Shown: positions 40,101 to 52,350 of the stretch, piece by piece | Numbering within the stretch: position 1 is the stretch's first letter | Layout: every line of letters begins with the position of its first letter | Origin: an uncultured delta proteobacterium | Lineage (GTDB): Bacteria; Desulfobacterota; Syntrophia; Syntrophales; Smithellaceae | DNA length: 64,000 nucleotides | Assembly: GCA_963753975.1 (NCBI GenBank) | Contig: CAVWEH010000001.1 | Location: forward strand, 160,001-224,000 | Reading direction: 5' to 3' | Translations under genes and position numbers: made by a program | Notes under the pieces: generated by a model | Seen by the model: the letters and a program-made list of their open reading frames with translations, nothing else | What the model was told of the DNA's origin: nothing | Database searches by the model: none

Positions 40101-40901
40101 GGCGTCAAAACTATTTCCGATTTAGCGCTCTTGCTGAAATATGCGGCAGGCAAGCTGCCGTTGGAGGATTTTCGCCATGAATTCAGAAATGAAGACTCTC
40201 CGCTTGATCTTTTAGATATCACCTTGGGGAAAGCGATTGATGAACTTACCCGGCCTATAGATGCTATTCGCCATCAGGCCAAGACAGTTACGGTAGGTAC
40301 AAGCCGTAAAGAGAAGATATTAAGGGGAGTCGTGTTCGATCTTCTGGAGAAACTGAAGTTTGCCGCGAAAAATTTAACGTACAAAAATATTTTAGCCGTA
40401 AGCAGGGTACAACCGGCGGTCTTAACCGTGCGCGGATATACTCTCTATAAGATTAACAACCTTGATGAAGCGGGGAATCCTGCGGAAGGCTCTACCATTG
40501 TTATAAAAGAAAAAGGCGGAATAGCCAGGAAGATGATTTCACGCGCTGAGAAATCCCATCTACTCATGGGAACTAAAAGAACTATTGTCAGTACGGGCAA
40601 TATTTATATGGGGAAGGGTAAGGCAGATGCGGCATCCATATTGGTTTTGCCGTTATTGGGAGAAAATGGTTTTGTCGGCAATTTACTTTTGCTGCATATT
40701 GAATATAATGAAGCTTTATCTCTTCGCGAAAAGAAAATGGTACTGGGTTACAGGTATAACGATATCAGGAACTTGGTCGATGAATATAACGTTAATTGGG
40801 ACGATAATTATTTGGAAAAAATTTCACTCGTTGACTTGTTCAGCGAGCCGGTAGAAAATCTTGCTGGGCGTATTAAGCAATATTCTCTTATAGAGAGTTG
40901 A
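37173..40901 (+). CDS. glmS: Enlarged glutamine-fructose-6-phosphate transaminase-like protein
   Basis: CGFAG (Cys48), LEVRGRDSAG, HTRWAS, LNGDIDNY, TQSGTT, VASTKAF, RHQAKTVTV; 1242 aa. Confidence 0.75.
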   Translation: MLVAQILSTIKDIRLYFKVCKIFVGKNPAYISAPAIIFFPVIPFQLNCGFAGLMTFRARQKSASLNADLELMQLWDKIKRSSLENVLAGDIVAKAYMCGLDVLTSMEKAALELKRESAQETLFFQKQRAKKLSNLADAIKAFLAQEEKMLEDQAVKFTSADLETINRGIILLKDIQWTLGKDILANFDKITAVSGAAKPTAINPAAFKKYRKINFLLNSLDRLEVRGRDSAGLQIVFTLENEKTMENIMLELKEKSLYEDYWKRSREGDLANGSIRVAPVVFTGSKKGINITFTYKTFSIVGELGRNVRDLRQVIREDQILQCFAPLDTACETAITHTRWASVGSITEENCHPINNFKPDQAVQSFPFYPKSKAQINIVLNGDIDNYSALRADLETRNEWIAPEITTDTKAIPLQIEKYLMAGDNLADSFRLALKDFDGSHAIAMTSDLEPGKVFLALKGSGQSIYVGIGSDQYMFSSELYGLVEVMPNFIKMNGESNVDGENSAAGQIFILDQNSCGGLAGIAAYHYDGTKISLKESEIQKAEMTTRDIDRGAYPHFFLKEIFESVVSIRKTLRGKYRILTSDKSLPQVIFNLGADIVPEAVRVGLQNGAIKNIIVIGHGTAAVAGLAIADALESYLKGRSLNIMARVASELSGFLLKDDLSDTLVIPITQSGTTTDTNRAVAMAKERGAFIISIVNRRQSDITTKSHGIFYTSDGRDIEMSVASTKAFYSQIIAGQVLALFLAQVMKTRTDDYIVRELHNLETVPKLMARVFERRTQISASVDKTLAKKFWAVVGSGPNKAAADEIRIKLSELCYKTISSDIVENKKHIDLSAEPLILVCASGNPEPVVEDIAKDVAIFKAHKAAVIVFAEEGDDRFDKIADAVIPIPSASMPLPVILNTMAGHLWGYYAACAIDKEALVFREFRNRLNLALTEQAKINYSLYERIADPHFRHLINDFYHTFNGQRNDGAFNLLGVKTISDLALLLKYAAGKLPLEDFRHEFRNEDSPLDLLDITLGKAIDELTRPIDAIRHQAKTVTVGTSRKEKILRGVVFDLLEKLKFAAKNLTYKNILAVSRVQPAVLTVRGYTLYKINNLDEAGNPAEGSTIVIKEKGGIARKMISRAEKSHLLMGTKRTIVSTGNIYMGKGKADAASILVLPLLGENGFVGNLLLLHIEYNEALSLREKKMVLGYRYNDIRNLVDEYNVNWDDNYLEKISLVDLFSEPVENLAGRIKQYSLIES

Positions 40902-40952
40902 AGTTTGTCGGCGAACTTGCGGGAGAAACCGCATGAGACTCTGCAATCATGA

Positions 40953-42587
<1,635 letters not shown>

Positions 42588-42699
42588 ACATTAATTAACT
42601 TAACTTAATCATTAGCAACAAAATATACCGTAGGCAGAATTACCACAACGCTGTAAAGTGGCCTTGTGGGTTAAAAAATTCATATGTCAAAATATTCTT

Positions 42700-43902
42700 A
42701 TGGAAGCAATCAAAAGAATTTTACACTATATTGAATCCAAGAACTTATACCCTGATTTAAGAATTATTCAAAGCGGTGCTGATCCGGAAGTCATGATTGA
42801 CGGCAGGAAGGTCTTAATGTTTTCATCGAATAACTATCTTGGGTTAGCAACACACCCTAAAGTTGTTGCTGCCGCGATTGAAGCAACTAAAAGATACGGA
42901 ACAAGTTCAAGCGGTTCTAGAATGCTTTCAGGAAATTTGGAGCCTCATCGTGATTTCGAATTGGCCATCGCTAAATTTAAGGGGGGCGAGGATGCTATTG
43001 TTTCGCCCTCAGGCTATTGCGCCAATTTGGGAGTTATAACGGCAGTCATGGATCCTCCTAAAATTGGTCCATCAAATTTTTGGAAAAAAAACGCTGTTAT
43101 AATCAGTGACGAGTTTAATCATGCAAGCATTATCGATGGTTGTCGAATGAGTCGGAAGAAAATTTCAATCTACAAGCATTGCGATGTTATTGATTTGGAA
43201 GCAAAGTTGAAAAAATATAAACGGCGGGAAAAATTAGTTATTACGGATAGTGTTTTTAGCATGGATGGCGATGTCGCGCCATTGGACAGAATAGCTGCAC
43301 TGTGTAAAAAATATGGCGGCATGTTGATGATTGATGAGGCGCACGCTACGGGAATACAGGGGAAAAACGGCCATGGCACCGCAGAAAGATTTGGATTAAC
43401 TGTAGGTTCCGATATTAATATTCTTTTAGGAACTTGCAGCAAGTCATTGGCGGCAACGGGTGGGTTTGTAGTTGGGAACAGAGATTTGATCAAGTATTTG
43501 CGCGTTACCAGTCGCCCCTTTATATTTACAGCTGCAATGACACCCGCTGCTTCAGCTTCGCTTATTGCAGCTCTTGAAGTTATAGGTAAGGAGCCGCAAA
43601 TACGTCAAAATCTATGGAATAATATCAAGTATCTGCGCAATGGTCTCAGGGAAATTGGTTTTGATACGTTGCAGAGCGAAACTCAAATAATACATATATT
43701 CATTGGTTCCGAAGATAAGGCGATTCAATTTACTCGTTTACTTTTCGAAAAAGGAGTCTTTGCCCCCTGTGTACGGTGGCCTGCCGTAGAAAGGCGGAAA
43801 GCCAGAATTAGGTTTTCCGTTATGGCAACACATACCGGAGAGCAAATTGATCATTTGCTCAAATCTTGTAGTGATATTGGTAAAGAACTAGGTATTGTTT
43901 AA
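42700..43902 (+). CDS. Alpha-oxoamine synthase family (BioF/KBL/SPT-like) PLP enzyme
   Basis: SSNNYLGL, NHASIIDG, DSVFSMDGD, DEAH, GTCSKS. Confidence 0.88.
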   Translation: MEAIKRILHYIESKNLYPDLRIIQSGADPEVMIDGRKVLMFSSNNYLGLATHPKVVAAAIEATKRYGTSSSGSRMLSGNLEPHRDFELAIAKFKGGEDAIVSPSGYCANLGVITAVMDPPKIGPSNFWKKNAVIISDEFNHASIIDGCRMSRKKISIYKHCDVIDLEAKLKKYKRREKLVITDSVFSMDGDVAPLDRIAALCKKYGGMLMIDEAHATGIQGKNGHGTAERFGLTVGSDINILLGTCSKSLAATGGFVVGNRDLIKYLRVTSRPFIFTAAMTPAASASLIAALEVIGKEPQIRQNLWNNIKYLRNGLREIGFDTLQSETQIIHIFIGSEDKAIQFTRLLFEKGVFAPCVRWPAVERRKARIRFSVMATHTGEQIDHLLKSCSDIGKELGIV

Positions 43903-45993
43903 ACTGGATTGACCAAATTTGATATTGCTGAAAAAATGGTAGCCGTTTCGCCCATGCGCTTTCACATGGTACATAGCAATATCGGCATTCTTCAGTAGGG
44001 AATCCGTGTCCTGGCAGTCATCAGGATAGATGGCAATGCCTATGCTGACGCTGGAAATTATCTTATCGTTGCCACAGATAAATGGTTGCTGAAAGGCGTT
44101 TAAAATTTTTCTTGCAGCTTCAGCAGAATCCTCCACTCGTCCTATCTCCGGTAAGAGGATTATGAATTCATCACCTCCCAAACGAGCAACCGTATCATTT
44201 TGGCGCAGAAGGTCAGTTAGGCGTCGGCCAATTTCTTTGAGCAACTGATCTCCAACCATGTGTCCCAGCGTGTCATTGACATTCTTGAAGTGATCCAAAT
44301 CCAGCATCATTACAGCCAGCTTTTGGCTGTTACGCTTGGCTTGGGCCAGAGCCATTTTGAGTCGGTCCATAAACAGAATCCGGTTAGGTAATCCGGTCAG
44401 CGTATCATGGGTAGCTATATAGTGGAGTTGTTGCTCCGTCCTTTTCCGCTCGGTAATATCATGTCCAACTCCTCGAAAGCCCACAACTTTGCCGTCTTGA
44501 TCCACTTTGGGAAAAACGGAAACTTCAAAAAATGATTTACCCCCGTCCAGACGATCTAACTCATACGGATAGTTTTTTAGCGGCTCTGTTGTTTCGTACA
44601 CCTGACGAAATAATTTATATATTTCCACGATTTGATCCTGTTTAACAAAGGCCCGATAGTTCAGACCGAATATTTGCTCCGGAGAATAACCGGCGTTGCG
44701 AATAACCGCATCGTTAACGAAAACGATATTGCCGGCGAGATCAATTTCGAAGTACCACTCATCCATTTCATCAATGATAGTTCTATACTTCTCGTCAGAC
44801 TGCCGGATCGTCTCTTCCATTTGCCTGCGTTCTGTTACGTCTCGGCTGATTCCCCGAAATCCGATTGGCTTACCCTCATTGTCTCGTATAAGAGAGACGG
44901 AAATTTCGTTGAACCCCTTTGTTCCGTCCTTGCGAATAATTTCTACATCCAATAATTTAATCGGTTGGCCTGTTGAGTAAATATTAGTAAAAATTCTGTG
45001 CATTTTTTTTGCTGTTTTTTCATCTTGTAACTGCCTGTGATTCATGCCGATTAATTCCTCACGGGAATATCCGATGTTTCTGCATTCCGCATCATTAACA
45101 AAGATAAAAGCGCCTGTGAGGTCTATTTCAAAATAACCTTCTTGCATATTTTCAAGAATGTTTCGGTATTTCTCTGCGGACTGGCGCAGGGCCTCCTCCA
45201 TTTTTTTTCGGGCGGATACATTCCGGGAAACACCTCGGAATCCAACTGGCTTGCCTTCATTATCCCTAATGAGAGATACCGATGTTTCGTGAATAGCTTT
45301 TGCCCCGTCTTTTCTGATGGACTCCAGTTCTAGCATCTCTATCGGTTTACCCGTCCGGTAAAGTTCGTAGTAGGGCTGATATAATTTTTTAGCGGTTTCT
45401 TCATCCATATGCTGCCGGTAGTTCATACCGATAAGTTCTTCTTTGGTATATCCCAGATATCTGCAGTTTGTTTCATTAGCAAATGTATAGTTACCATCAA
45501 GGTCAAGCTCAAAATAGCCTTCCCGGATGCTTTCCAGAATGCTTCGATATTTTTCCTCACTCCCGCGTAATGTTTCTTCCGTTTTTTTGCGTTCGGTAAT
45601 ATCTATAAAGCTTCCGAGCGTAGCACGATGCCCTTTATAGGTTATGGATGTAATCATTTCTAAAATCCACATTATCTCGCCATTTTTTTTGATATACCTG
45701 TACTCATAGCTTTCGGGGTACTTCCCTTTCAGGCTCTTTATGGCGCTTTCCCTCACCATTGCTCTATCGTCAGGGTGGACACAATCAAGCGAATTTTTAC
45801 CTAGGAGTTCCGGGTCGGAATAACCTGTAAACTTACTATAAAGGGGGCTCATATAGACGAATTTCCCGCGCTGCACGATATATATACCGACGCCGATATT
45901 GGAGATGATTTTTTTTGCCAGGTTGAATAAATCAATCTGTTTGGAGCAGCTCTTTTTTTGCAAGTTGACTGTTGATTTCGTTTTAACAGCCAT
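43888..45993 (-). CDS. Diguanylate cyclase with four PAS domains
   Basis: Four PAS/PAC repeats (E.Y..I.E...EGYFE.DL.G), HD.LTGLPNR, intact GGDEF. Confidence 0.93.
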   Translation of the reverse strand: MAVKTKSTVNLQKKSCSKQIDLFNLAKKIISNIGVGIYIVQRGKFVYMSPLYSKFTGYSDPELLGKNSLDCVHPDDRAMVRESAIKSLKGKYPESYEYRYIKKNGEIMWILEMITSITYKGHRATLGSFIDITERKKTEETLRGSEEKYRSILESIREGYFELDLDGNYTFANETNCRYLGYTKEELIGMNYRQHMDEETAKKLYQPYYELYRTGKPIEMLELESIRKDGAKAIHETSVSLIRDNEGKPVGFRGVSRNVSARKKMEEALRQSAEKYRNILENMQEGYFEIDLTGAFIFVNDAECRNIGYSREELIGMNHRQLQDEKTAKKMHRIFTNIYSTGQPIKLLDVEIIRKDGTKGFNEISVSLIRDNEGKPIGFRGISRDVTERRQMEETIRQSDEKYRTIIDEMDEWYFEIDLAGNIVFVNDAVIRNAGYSPEQIFGLNYRAFVKQDQIVEIYKLFRQVYETTEPLKNYPYELDRLDGGKSFFEVSVFPKVDQDGKVVGFRGVGHDITERKRTEQQLHYIATHDTLTGLPNRILFMDRLKMALAQAKRNSQKLAVMMLDLDHFKNVNDTLGHMVGDQLLKEIGRRLTDLLRQNDTVARLGGDEFIILLPEIGRVEDSAEAARKILNAFQQPFICGNDKIISSVSIGIAIYPDDCQDTDSLLKNADIAMYHVKAHGRNGYHFFSNIKFGQSSLNNT

Positions 45994-46209
45994 AGTCTTT
46001 TAGTCTCCTCTGGCCATTAATGATGATTGTGTTCAATTTGAGGTTGTAGCTAACCCATTATAATGATTGGAGTATAATAAATCGTCAATATAAATACATA
46101 GTCGGGACTTGTTTAGGACAAGTTTGACTATATGAAGAAAGTACTTGTGTCAAGAAAATAAACGGCGTTCATTAAAACGGTGTTTAGTAATAAAAAAAAC
46201 ATAATTTTG

Positions 46210-46228
46210 GGTAGTGACTCAAATTGAA
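46210..46228 (+). mobile_element. Isolated IS1-family-like terminal inverted repeat
   Basis: GGTAGTGACTCAAATTGAA resembles the IS1 end GGTAATGACTCCAACTT; no partner end or transposase seen. Confidence 0.45.
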
Positions 46229-46273
46229 TATTCCTATGCTTGACGTTGGTGCGATCTTTGATATACTAGTTGC

Positions 46274-46522
46274 ATGAAACGATCTAAAAAGCCACTTCCA
46301 AGGGACCGGAATCAATTGGTGCATGAGATTGTGCGCCTTTCTACGGAAGACGATTCCAAAGATTTAGCATATGAGACTGCGCGTCGTTCTTCAGAAAAAA
46401 CCACTGAATCAGAAATATCAAAATATCTATCCGAGATCGAACGCAAAGGCGGCTTAAAGGGTGGCACTGCAAGGGTTAAAAAATTAACCAAAAAACAAAA
46501 ATCTGAGATCGCGCGTAAATGA
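46274..46522 (+). pseudogene. Small basic protein (PRD.NQL...GGLKGG.AR family), apparently truncated at the C-terminus
   Basis: PRDRNQLVHEIV and KGGLKGGTARVKKLT...SEIARK stop; lacks the AA.ARW tail I recall for this family. Confidence 0.55.
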
Positions 46523-46743
46523 ACACCTGTGATTATAGGTCAACATAGTAGCCAGATGAAGTTTTAAATTCACAAATTTTATAAGATTAGCTTGATTTTT
46601 TTTCTGCCCATACTGTATTGTGCGGCGAAAACTTGCAACAGGATAAAAGTAAATTGCCGGATTTCTGTGGCTGCGGTCACCAGAGTAATAAAGGCTGGTG
46701 AACGGCAACGATTCCGCAAAAAATATAAATTGAGGAGTGTATT

Positions 46744-48609
46744 ATGGCATTAAATCCGTTGGTTGATTCACGAGATGTAAGATTTGTTTTATTTGAGGTA
46801 CTGCAGGCGGATAAACTTAATAGGTACGACAAATTTTCCGGTTTTGATAAAGATACATATGAGGCGACCCTGGAGTTGGCTGAACAGCTTGCCGTGGAGC
46901 AGGTTTATCCCGCCAATGCCGAGGCCGATAAAACCGGCGCTAAGTATGATCCCGCAACAAAAGCGGTTACTATTCCCGAGGGATACAAGTCGGCAATGAA
47001 GCTCTACAAAGAGTCCGGCTTTTCCGGTTTGGGGAATGATCCGGAATGGGGCGGCGTCGGGATGCCCGAGGTCATCTGCCGCGCTATAATGGATTATTTT
47101 TCCGCCGCCGCCGTGGCGTTTCTCACTTACGATACACTGAAGGGAGGAGCTTCCCGGCTTATCGAGAATTTTGGCTCCGAAGAATTGAAAAAGACATATA
47201 TGGAAAAGATGGTATCCGGCCAATGGGGCGGCACGATGTGTCTTACCGAATCCGGCGCCGGTTCCGATGTCGGCGCTTTAAAGACCAAAGCGGTGAAGCA
47301 AAAAGACGGGACTTATCTTTTAACCGGACAGAAAATCTTTATTACCGCCGGCGATAACGATATGTATGAGAATATAATCCATCCGGTGCTTGCCAGAATT
47401 GAAGGAGATCCTCCGGGGACGCCGGGTATATCGATATTTATTGTGCCCAAATATCATGTAAAACCGGACGGAAGTCTGGGTGAGCGAAACGACATTATAA
47501 CCACCGGTATTGAACACAAGATGGGAATCAAGGGATCGGCTACTTGTTCTTTGAGTTTAGGCGATAACGAGAAATGTGTAGGCTATATCCTGGGAGCCGA
47601 ACGTCAGGGAATGAAAATCATGTTCCAGATGATGAATGAGGCGCGGCTGGATGTGGCTAATCAGGCATCGGGTGCATCGAGTGCCGCTTATATGCACGCG
47701 GTAACTTACGCAAAAAACAGACTGCAAGGAACCGATCCCGCGAAAAGAGGAGATACCGCGTATGCGCCGATTGTAAAACATCCGGACGTGAAAAGAATGT
47801 TGATATGGATGAAAGCGCAAGTAGAAGCGATGAGAATGCTTACCTTACTTGCAGCTTATTCGGCCGATATCAGCAGGGCCGAAAAAGGTGAGGCAGCGAA
47901 AGAAGCACAGGCGCTTTTAGATTTTCTTATTCCGCTTTGCAAAGCAGGCAATACCGATCTTGCCTGGCTGGTTACTTCCGAGGCTATGCAGGTTTACGGC
48001 GGATATGGGTACTGTTCGGAATACCCTGTTGAACAATTGGCGCGCGATTGCAAGATTCTGGCTATCTATGAAGGGACCAACGGCATCCAATCCATAGATT
48101 TCACCATGAGAAAGCTGCTGATGAATCCGGAGATGTACAATTACAAAGTCTTTAAAAAGAAAATTCAAGAAACGATGGGGAAAGCCAAAGGTATTGTTGA
48201 CGAAAAATATATTGCGGCTGTTCGCACCGGCGTGGAAAGAATGGATCAAACAATACAAAAATTGAACGAATATAAGGAACAGAAAAAAATGTTGGATATT
48301 CTGGCGATCGCCACCCCATTGCAGCAAGCCATGAGAATGCTGGCTCACGCTTGGATGCATTTATGGTCGTTAACAATAACTACTCCGAAACTAAAAGCGA
48401 TTGCCGGAGAGATATCCGGAGAAAAAGTCGTAAATATCATCAAGGATAATTCGGAAGCGGCATATTATTATGGGAGAATATTATCAGCCCGATATTATCT
48501 GGGCTCCGAATTCAAACATTATTACGGTTATCTGGATTATATAACATCGGGAGAGCAGGCGGTAGTCGAAGCCTTTGAAAATATATTTACCGGAGCCCTT
48601 TCCCAGTAA
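46744..48609 (+). CDS. Acyl-CoA dehydrogenase (long, ~600-aa type)
   Basis: GTMCLTE..AGSDVG, G.KIFIT.G, EHKMGIKGS, FQMMNEAR, QVYGGYGY, IYEGTNGIQ. Confidence 0.94.
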   Translation: MALNPLVDSRDVRFVLFEVLQADKLNRYDKFSGFDKDTYEATLELAEQLAVEQVYPANAEADKTGAKYDPATKAVTIPEGYKSAMKLYKESGFSGLGNDPEWGGVGMPEVICRAIMDYFSAAAVAFLTYDTLKGGASRLIENFGSEELKKTYMEKMVSGQWGGTMCLTESGAGSDVGALKTKAVKQKDGTYLLTGQKIFITAGDNDMYENIIHPVLARIEGDPPGTPGISIFIVPKYHVKPDGSLGERNDIITTGIEHKMGIKGSATCSLSLGDNEKCVGYILGAERQGMKIMFQMMNEARLDVANQASGASSAAYMHAVTYAKNRLQGTDPAKRGDTAYAPIVKHPDVKRMLIWMKAQVEAMRMLTLLAAYSADISRAEKGEAAKEAQALLDFLIPLCKAGNTDLAWLVTSEAMQVYGGYGYCSEYPVEQLARDCKILAIYEGTNGIQSIDFTMRKLLMNPEMYNYKVFKKKIQETMGKAKGIVDEKYIAAVRTGVERMDQTIQKLNEYKEQKKMLDILAIATPLQQAMRMLAHAWMHLWSLTITTPKLKAIAGEISGEKVVNIIKDNSEAAYYYGRILSARYYLGSEFKHYYGYLDYITSGEQAVVEAFENIFTGALSQ

Positions 48610-48635
48610 ATGATTCTATCTAAAGAGTATACGGC

Positions 48636-48669
48636 AAAAAGCCCCTGAAGACGAACTTCAGGGGCTTTT
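48636..48669. terminator. Bidirectional intrinsic terminator
   Basis: AAAAAGCCCCTGAAG-ACGAA-CTTCAGGGGCTTTT between convergent genes. Confidence 0.85.
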
Positions 48670-48700
48670 CATTGAAATTTGTCCTTCCGTCTTTAATTCT

Positions 48701-49126
48701 TTAATTTTCCAGAAAAGGAAGAGGTTTTTCCATGCGATAAACAAGCGCCTGGCAGGCGGCAATAAGATTATTTTTATCATCGGTCACAACAATCTCGTAA
48801 GCGGCGGTTTTTTTCGCTTTATTGATTTCTTTTGCTTCGGCAGTCAATTTCGAACCTTTGGCTGGCGAGGCGAGATAATTCACACTCATGTTTAAAGCCA
48901 CGGCCATAGTGCCGTGAGAATTGGAGGCGACTTCAAAGGCTTCGTCGATGAGCGCAAATAAAGCTCCGCCGTGAGCCATGCCGAACATATTTTCCATATC
49001 CTGAGTAAAGGCCATTTCCACTTTGGCGTATCCTTCGAGAACTTCAATTAATTTCAGACCGAATTTCTTCGCGAAAGGTTCTTCTTCCACCTGTTTGAAA
49101 ATAGTTTTTCTGATTGCTGCATCCAT
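48701..49126 (-). CDS. PaaI-family hotdog thioesterase
   Basis: N..G.AHGG.LF.L.D.AF..ASNS. Confidence 0.9.
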   Translation of the reverse strand: MDAAIRKTIFKQVEEEPFAKKFGLKLIEVLEGYAKVEMAFTQDMENMFGMAHGGALFALIDEAFEVASNSHGTMAVALNMSVNYLASPAKGSKLTAEAKEINKAKKTAAYEIVVTDDKNNLIAACQALVYRMEKPLPFLEN

Positions 49127-49227
49127 GATATTTCCCCGGCAGATTTAACGAAACTGTCTTCTTATACATCAATGTGGCACTTGGAGTCAAAAAAGAAAAG
49201 GGCCTCCTTTAAGGAAGCCCTGATTTC

Positions 49228-49302
49228 TGGTGGGCCGTGCGGGGATTGAACCCGCGGCCAACGGATTAAAAGTCCGCTGCTCTACCTCTGAGCTAACGGC
49301 CC
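49228..49302 (-). tRNA. tRNA-Lys(UUU)
   Basis: Reverse complement GGGCCGTTAGCTCAGAGGTAGAGCAGCGGACTTTTAATCCGTTGGCCGCGGGTTCAATCCCCGCACGGCCCACCA; anticodon TTT, encoded CCA. Confidence 0.97.
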
Positions 49303-49418
49303 ACTTTCTAAGTCATTTTCGGACGTGCCCTCTTAACAGCAACTTTATAGAGTGTCAAGGAGAAACTCGAATATTTCTATTACGGAAAGGATCTTTCAAT
49401 GTAATCGTTCTTCGACGA

Positions 49419-50579
49419 CTAAAGCACTCTGACTGTCACGACGCCATCGATGGACTGAATTTTCTTTACCATGTCCGATTTAATATCGCCTTCCAGATCG
49501 ATGATGTTGTACGCCATGTTCCCTTTACTCTTGTTGATCATGTCGGCGATGTTGAATTTGTTGTCCGCCAGCAGGCGCGTGATCTTCTCGATCATACCGG
49601 GCTCGTTCTTGTTCGAAATGGTGAGCCTGGCCTTGTCCGACCTCTCCAGTGCGCATTCCGGGAAATTGACCGAGTTCTTGATGTTGCCATTTTCCAGGTA
49701 ATCCATCAGCTGCATGGCCGCCATGATGGCGCAGTTTTCTTCCGATTCTTCGGTGGAAGCGCCCAGATGCGGAATGGCGATGACCTTGTCTGTTTTGATG
49801 ACCTCTTCATCGGGGAAATCCGTCACGTAGCACGCCACGATGCCGTCGGCGATGGCCTTCTTCAGGGATGGGGTATCCACGAGCCCACCTCGGGCAAAGT
49901 TGAGGAGCACGGCGCCCTTCTTCATGACCGCGAATTTATCGGCATTGATGAATCCCTTGGTGTCCTTGTTCTGAGGGACGTGCAGCGTGATGAAATCGCA
50001 CTCGGACAGGAGTTTGTCCAAGCTTGGCGCTTTCTTGGTATTGCGGGACAGTCGCCAGGCTGCCTCGATGGACAGGAACGGATCATATCCCCAGACTTCC
50101 ATGCCCAGACCATCGGCAGCATTGGCCAGCATGGTGCCGATGGCGCCTAAGCCCACTATACCGAGCTTTTTGCCGAGGATCTCGGTGCCGCCGAACTTGG
50201 ATTTGCCCTTTTCGATCAGGTCCGGCACCTTGTCGCCTTCGCCGATCAGTCCCTTGGTCCAGACAATTCCTTCCACCACCTTGCGGGAGGCCAGCAGCAT
50301 GCCCAGGATGACCAATTCTTTCACGCCGTTGGCGTTTGCCCCCGGGGTATTAAAAACGACGATGCCTTTCTCCGAACATTTATCAATAGGAATATTATTG
50401 ACGCCGGCGCCGGCGCGAGCAATGGCTTTCAGAGACGACGGCAGGGTCATGTCTTTCATTTCCTTGCTTCTCACCAGGATACCGTCGGGATCGGGAATAT
50501 CCGTGCGATATTCATACTTCTGGGTAAAAAGGTTGAGGCCTTTTTTCGAAATCTTGTTCAACAGATCAATCCGATACAT
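49419..50579 (-). CDS. serA: D-3-phosphoglycerate dehydrogenase (short type with C-terminal ACT)
   Basis: ARAGAGVNNIP, NTPGANAN, GLGAIG, NFARG, PHLGAST.E, NSVNFP, ACT domain. Confidence 0.9.
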   Translation of the reverse strand: MYRIDLLNKISKKGLNLFTQKYEYRTDIPDPDGILVRSKEMKDMTLPSSLKAIARAGAGVNNIPIDKCSEKGIVVFNTPGANANGVKELVILGMLLASRKVVEGIVWTKGLIGEGDKVPDLIEKGKSKFGGTEILGKKLGIVGLGAIGTMLANAADGLGMEVWGYDPFLSIEAAWRLSRNTKKAPSLDKLLSECDFITLHVPQNKDTKGFINADKFAVMKKGAVLLNFARGGLVDTPSLKKAIADGIVACYVTDFPDEEVIKTDKVIAIPHLGASTEESEENCAIMAAMQLMDYLENGNIKNSVNFPECALERSDKARLTISNKNEPGMIEKITRLLADNKFNIADMINKSKGNMAYNIIDLEGDIKSDMVKKIQSIDGVVTVRVL

Positions 50580-50612
50580 AAATACCTCCTATTCCTTTCC
50601 ATATCTTTTTAT

Positions 50613-50723
50613 TGAGAGACTCAAATTTCAAAAACGAAGTGCATTGAAATTTGTAAGTCGAACAATCCCGCACAGCGGAGGGTATAATACCCCAAAGCTC
50701 GCTTTGAGGTTCATACCCGTGAT
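50613..50723 (+). repeat. Hairpin element family 1, copy F (core form)
   Basis: TGAGAGACTCAAATTTCAA..CGAAG..TTGAAATTTGTAAGTCGAACAATCCCGCACAGCGGAGGGTAT...CATACCCGTGAT. Confidence 0.92.
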
Positions 50724-50825
50724 TAAAGAGTCCTCCGGTAACATGGAGTGTCTATTTTGCGCTACTATTGTACAAAACAATCACCGCACGGCCCACCGGA
50801 AAAACAAGGAGAAATTGACACAACT

Positions 50826-52127
<1,302 letters not shown>

Positions 52128-52350
52128 TTATATACTTTCCTGCATTTTAATCGGTGTAACGGAAATTACGTGTGGTAATTTCTGCAATTTCTTTAAAACG
52201 TCCGAACCGGCCAGTGAAGTCCGTGTTCAATAAGCCGGCGTTTTTTGTCTGAGCGTCGTGGCTCAGAAGCAGACGGGCAATGTTTACTCTGTTGTTGCCC
52301 AATGTGGTTCCCAGATTGTGCCGATAACGCCTGGTATGTCTTCGTTTTAT
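52128..52350 (-). pseudogene. Frameshifted ACT-domain remnant of a long-type phosphoglycerate dehydrogenase
   Basis: Manual translation across shifts: NEDIPGVIG / LGTTLGNNRVNIARLLLS...LLNTD / SDVLKKLQKLPHVISVTPIKMQESI-stop. Confidence 0.7.

Noticed and set aside
44450..45560. Internal DNA repeats in the GGDEF gene
   Set aside because: Explained by tandem PAS domain duplication.
46650..46712. Possible riboswitch upstream of the acyl-CoA dehydrogenase (TCACCAG/CTGGTGA stem)
   Set aside because: A single stem with no recognisable aptamer consensus.
49228..49302. tRNA-Lys as the att site of an integrated island
   Set aside because: No integrase and no duplicated tRNA 3' end seen in the window.
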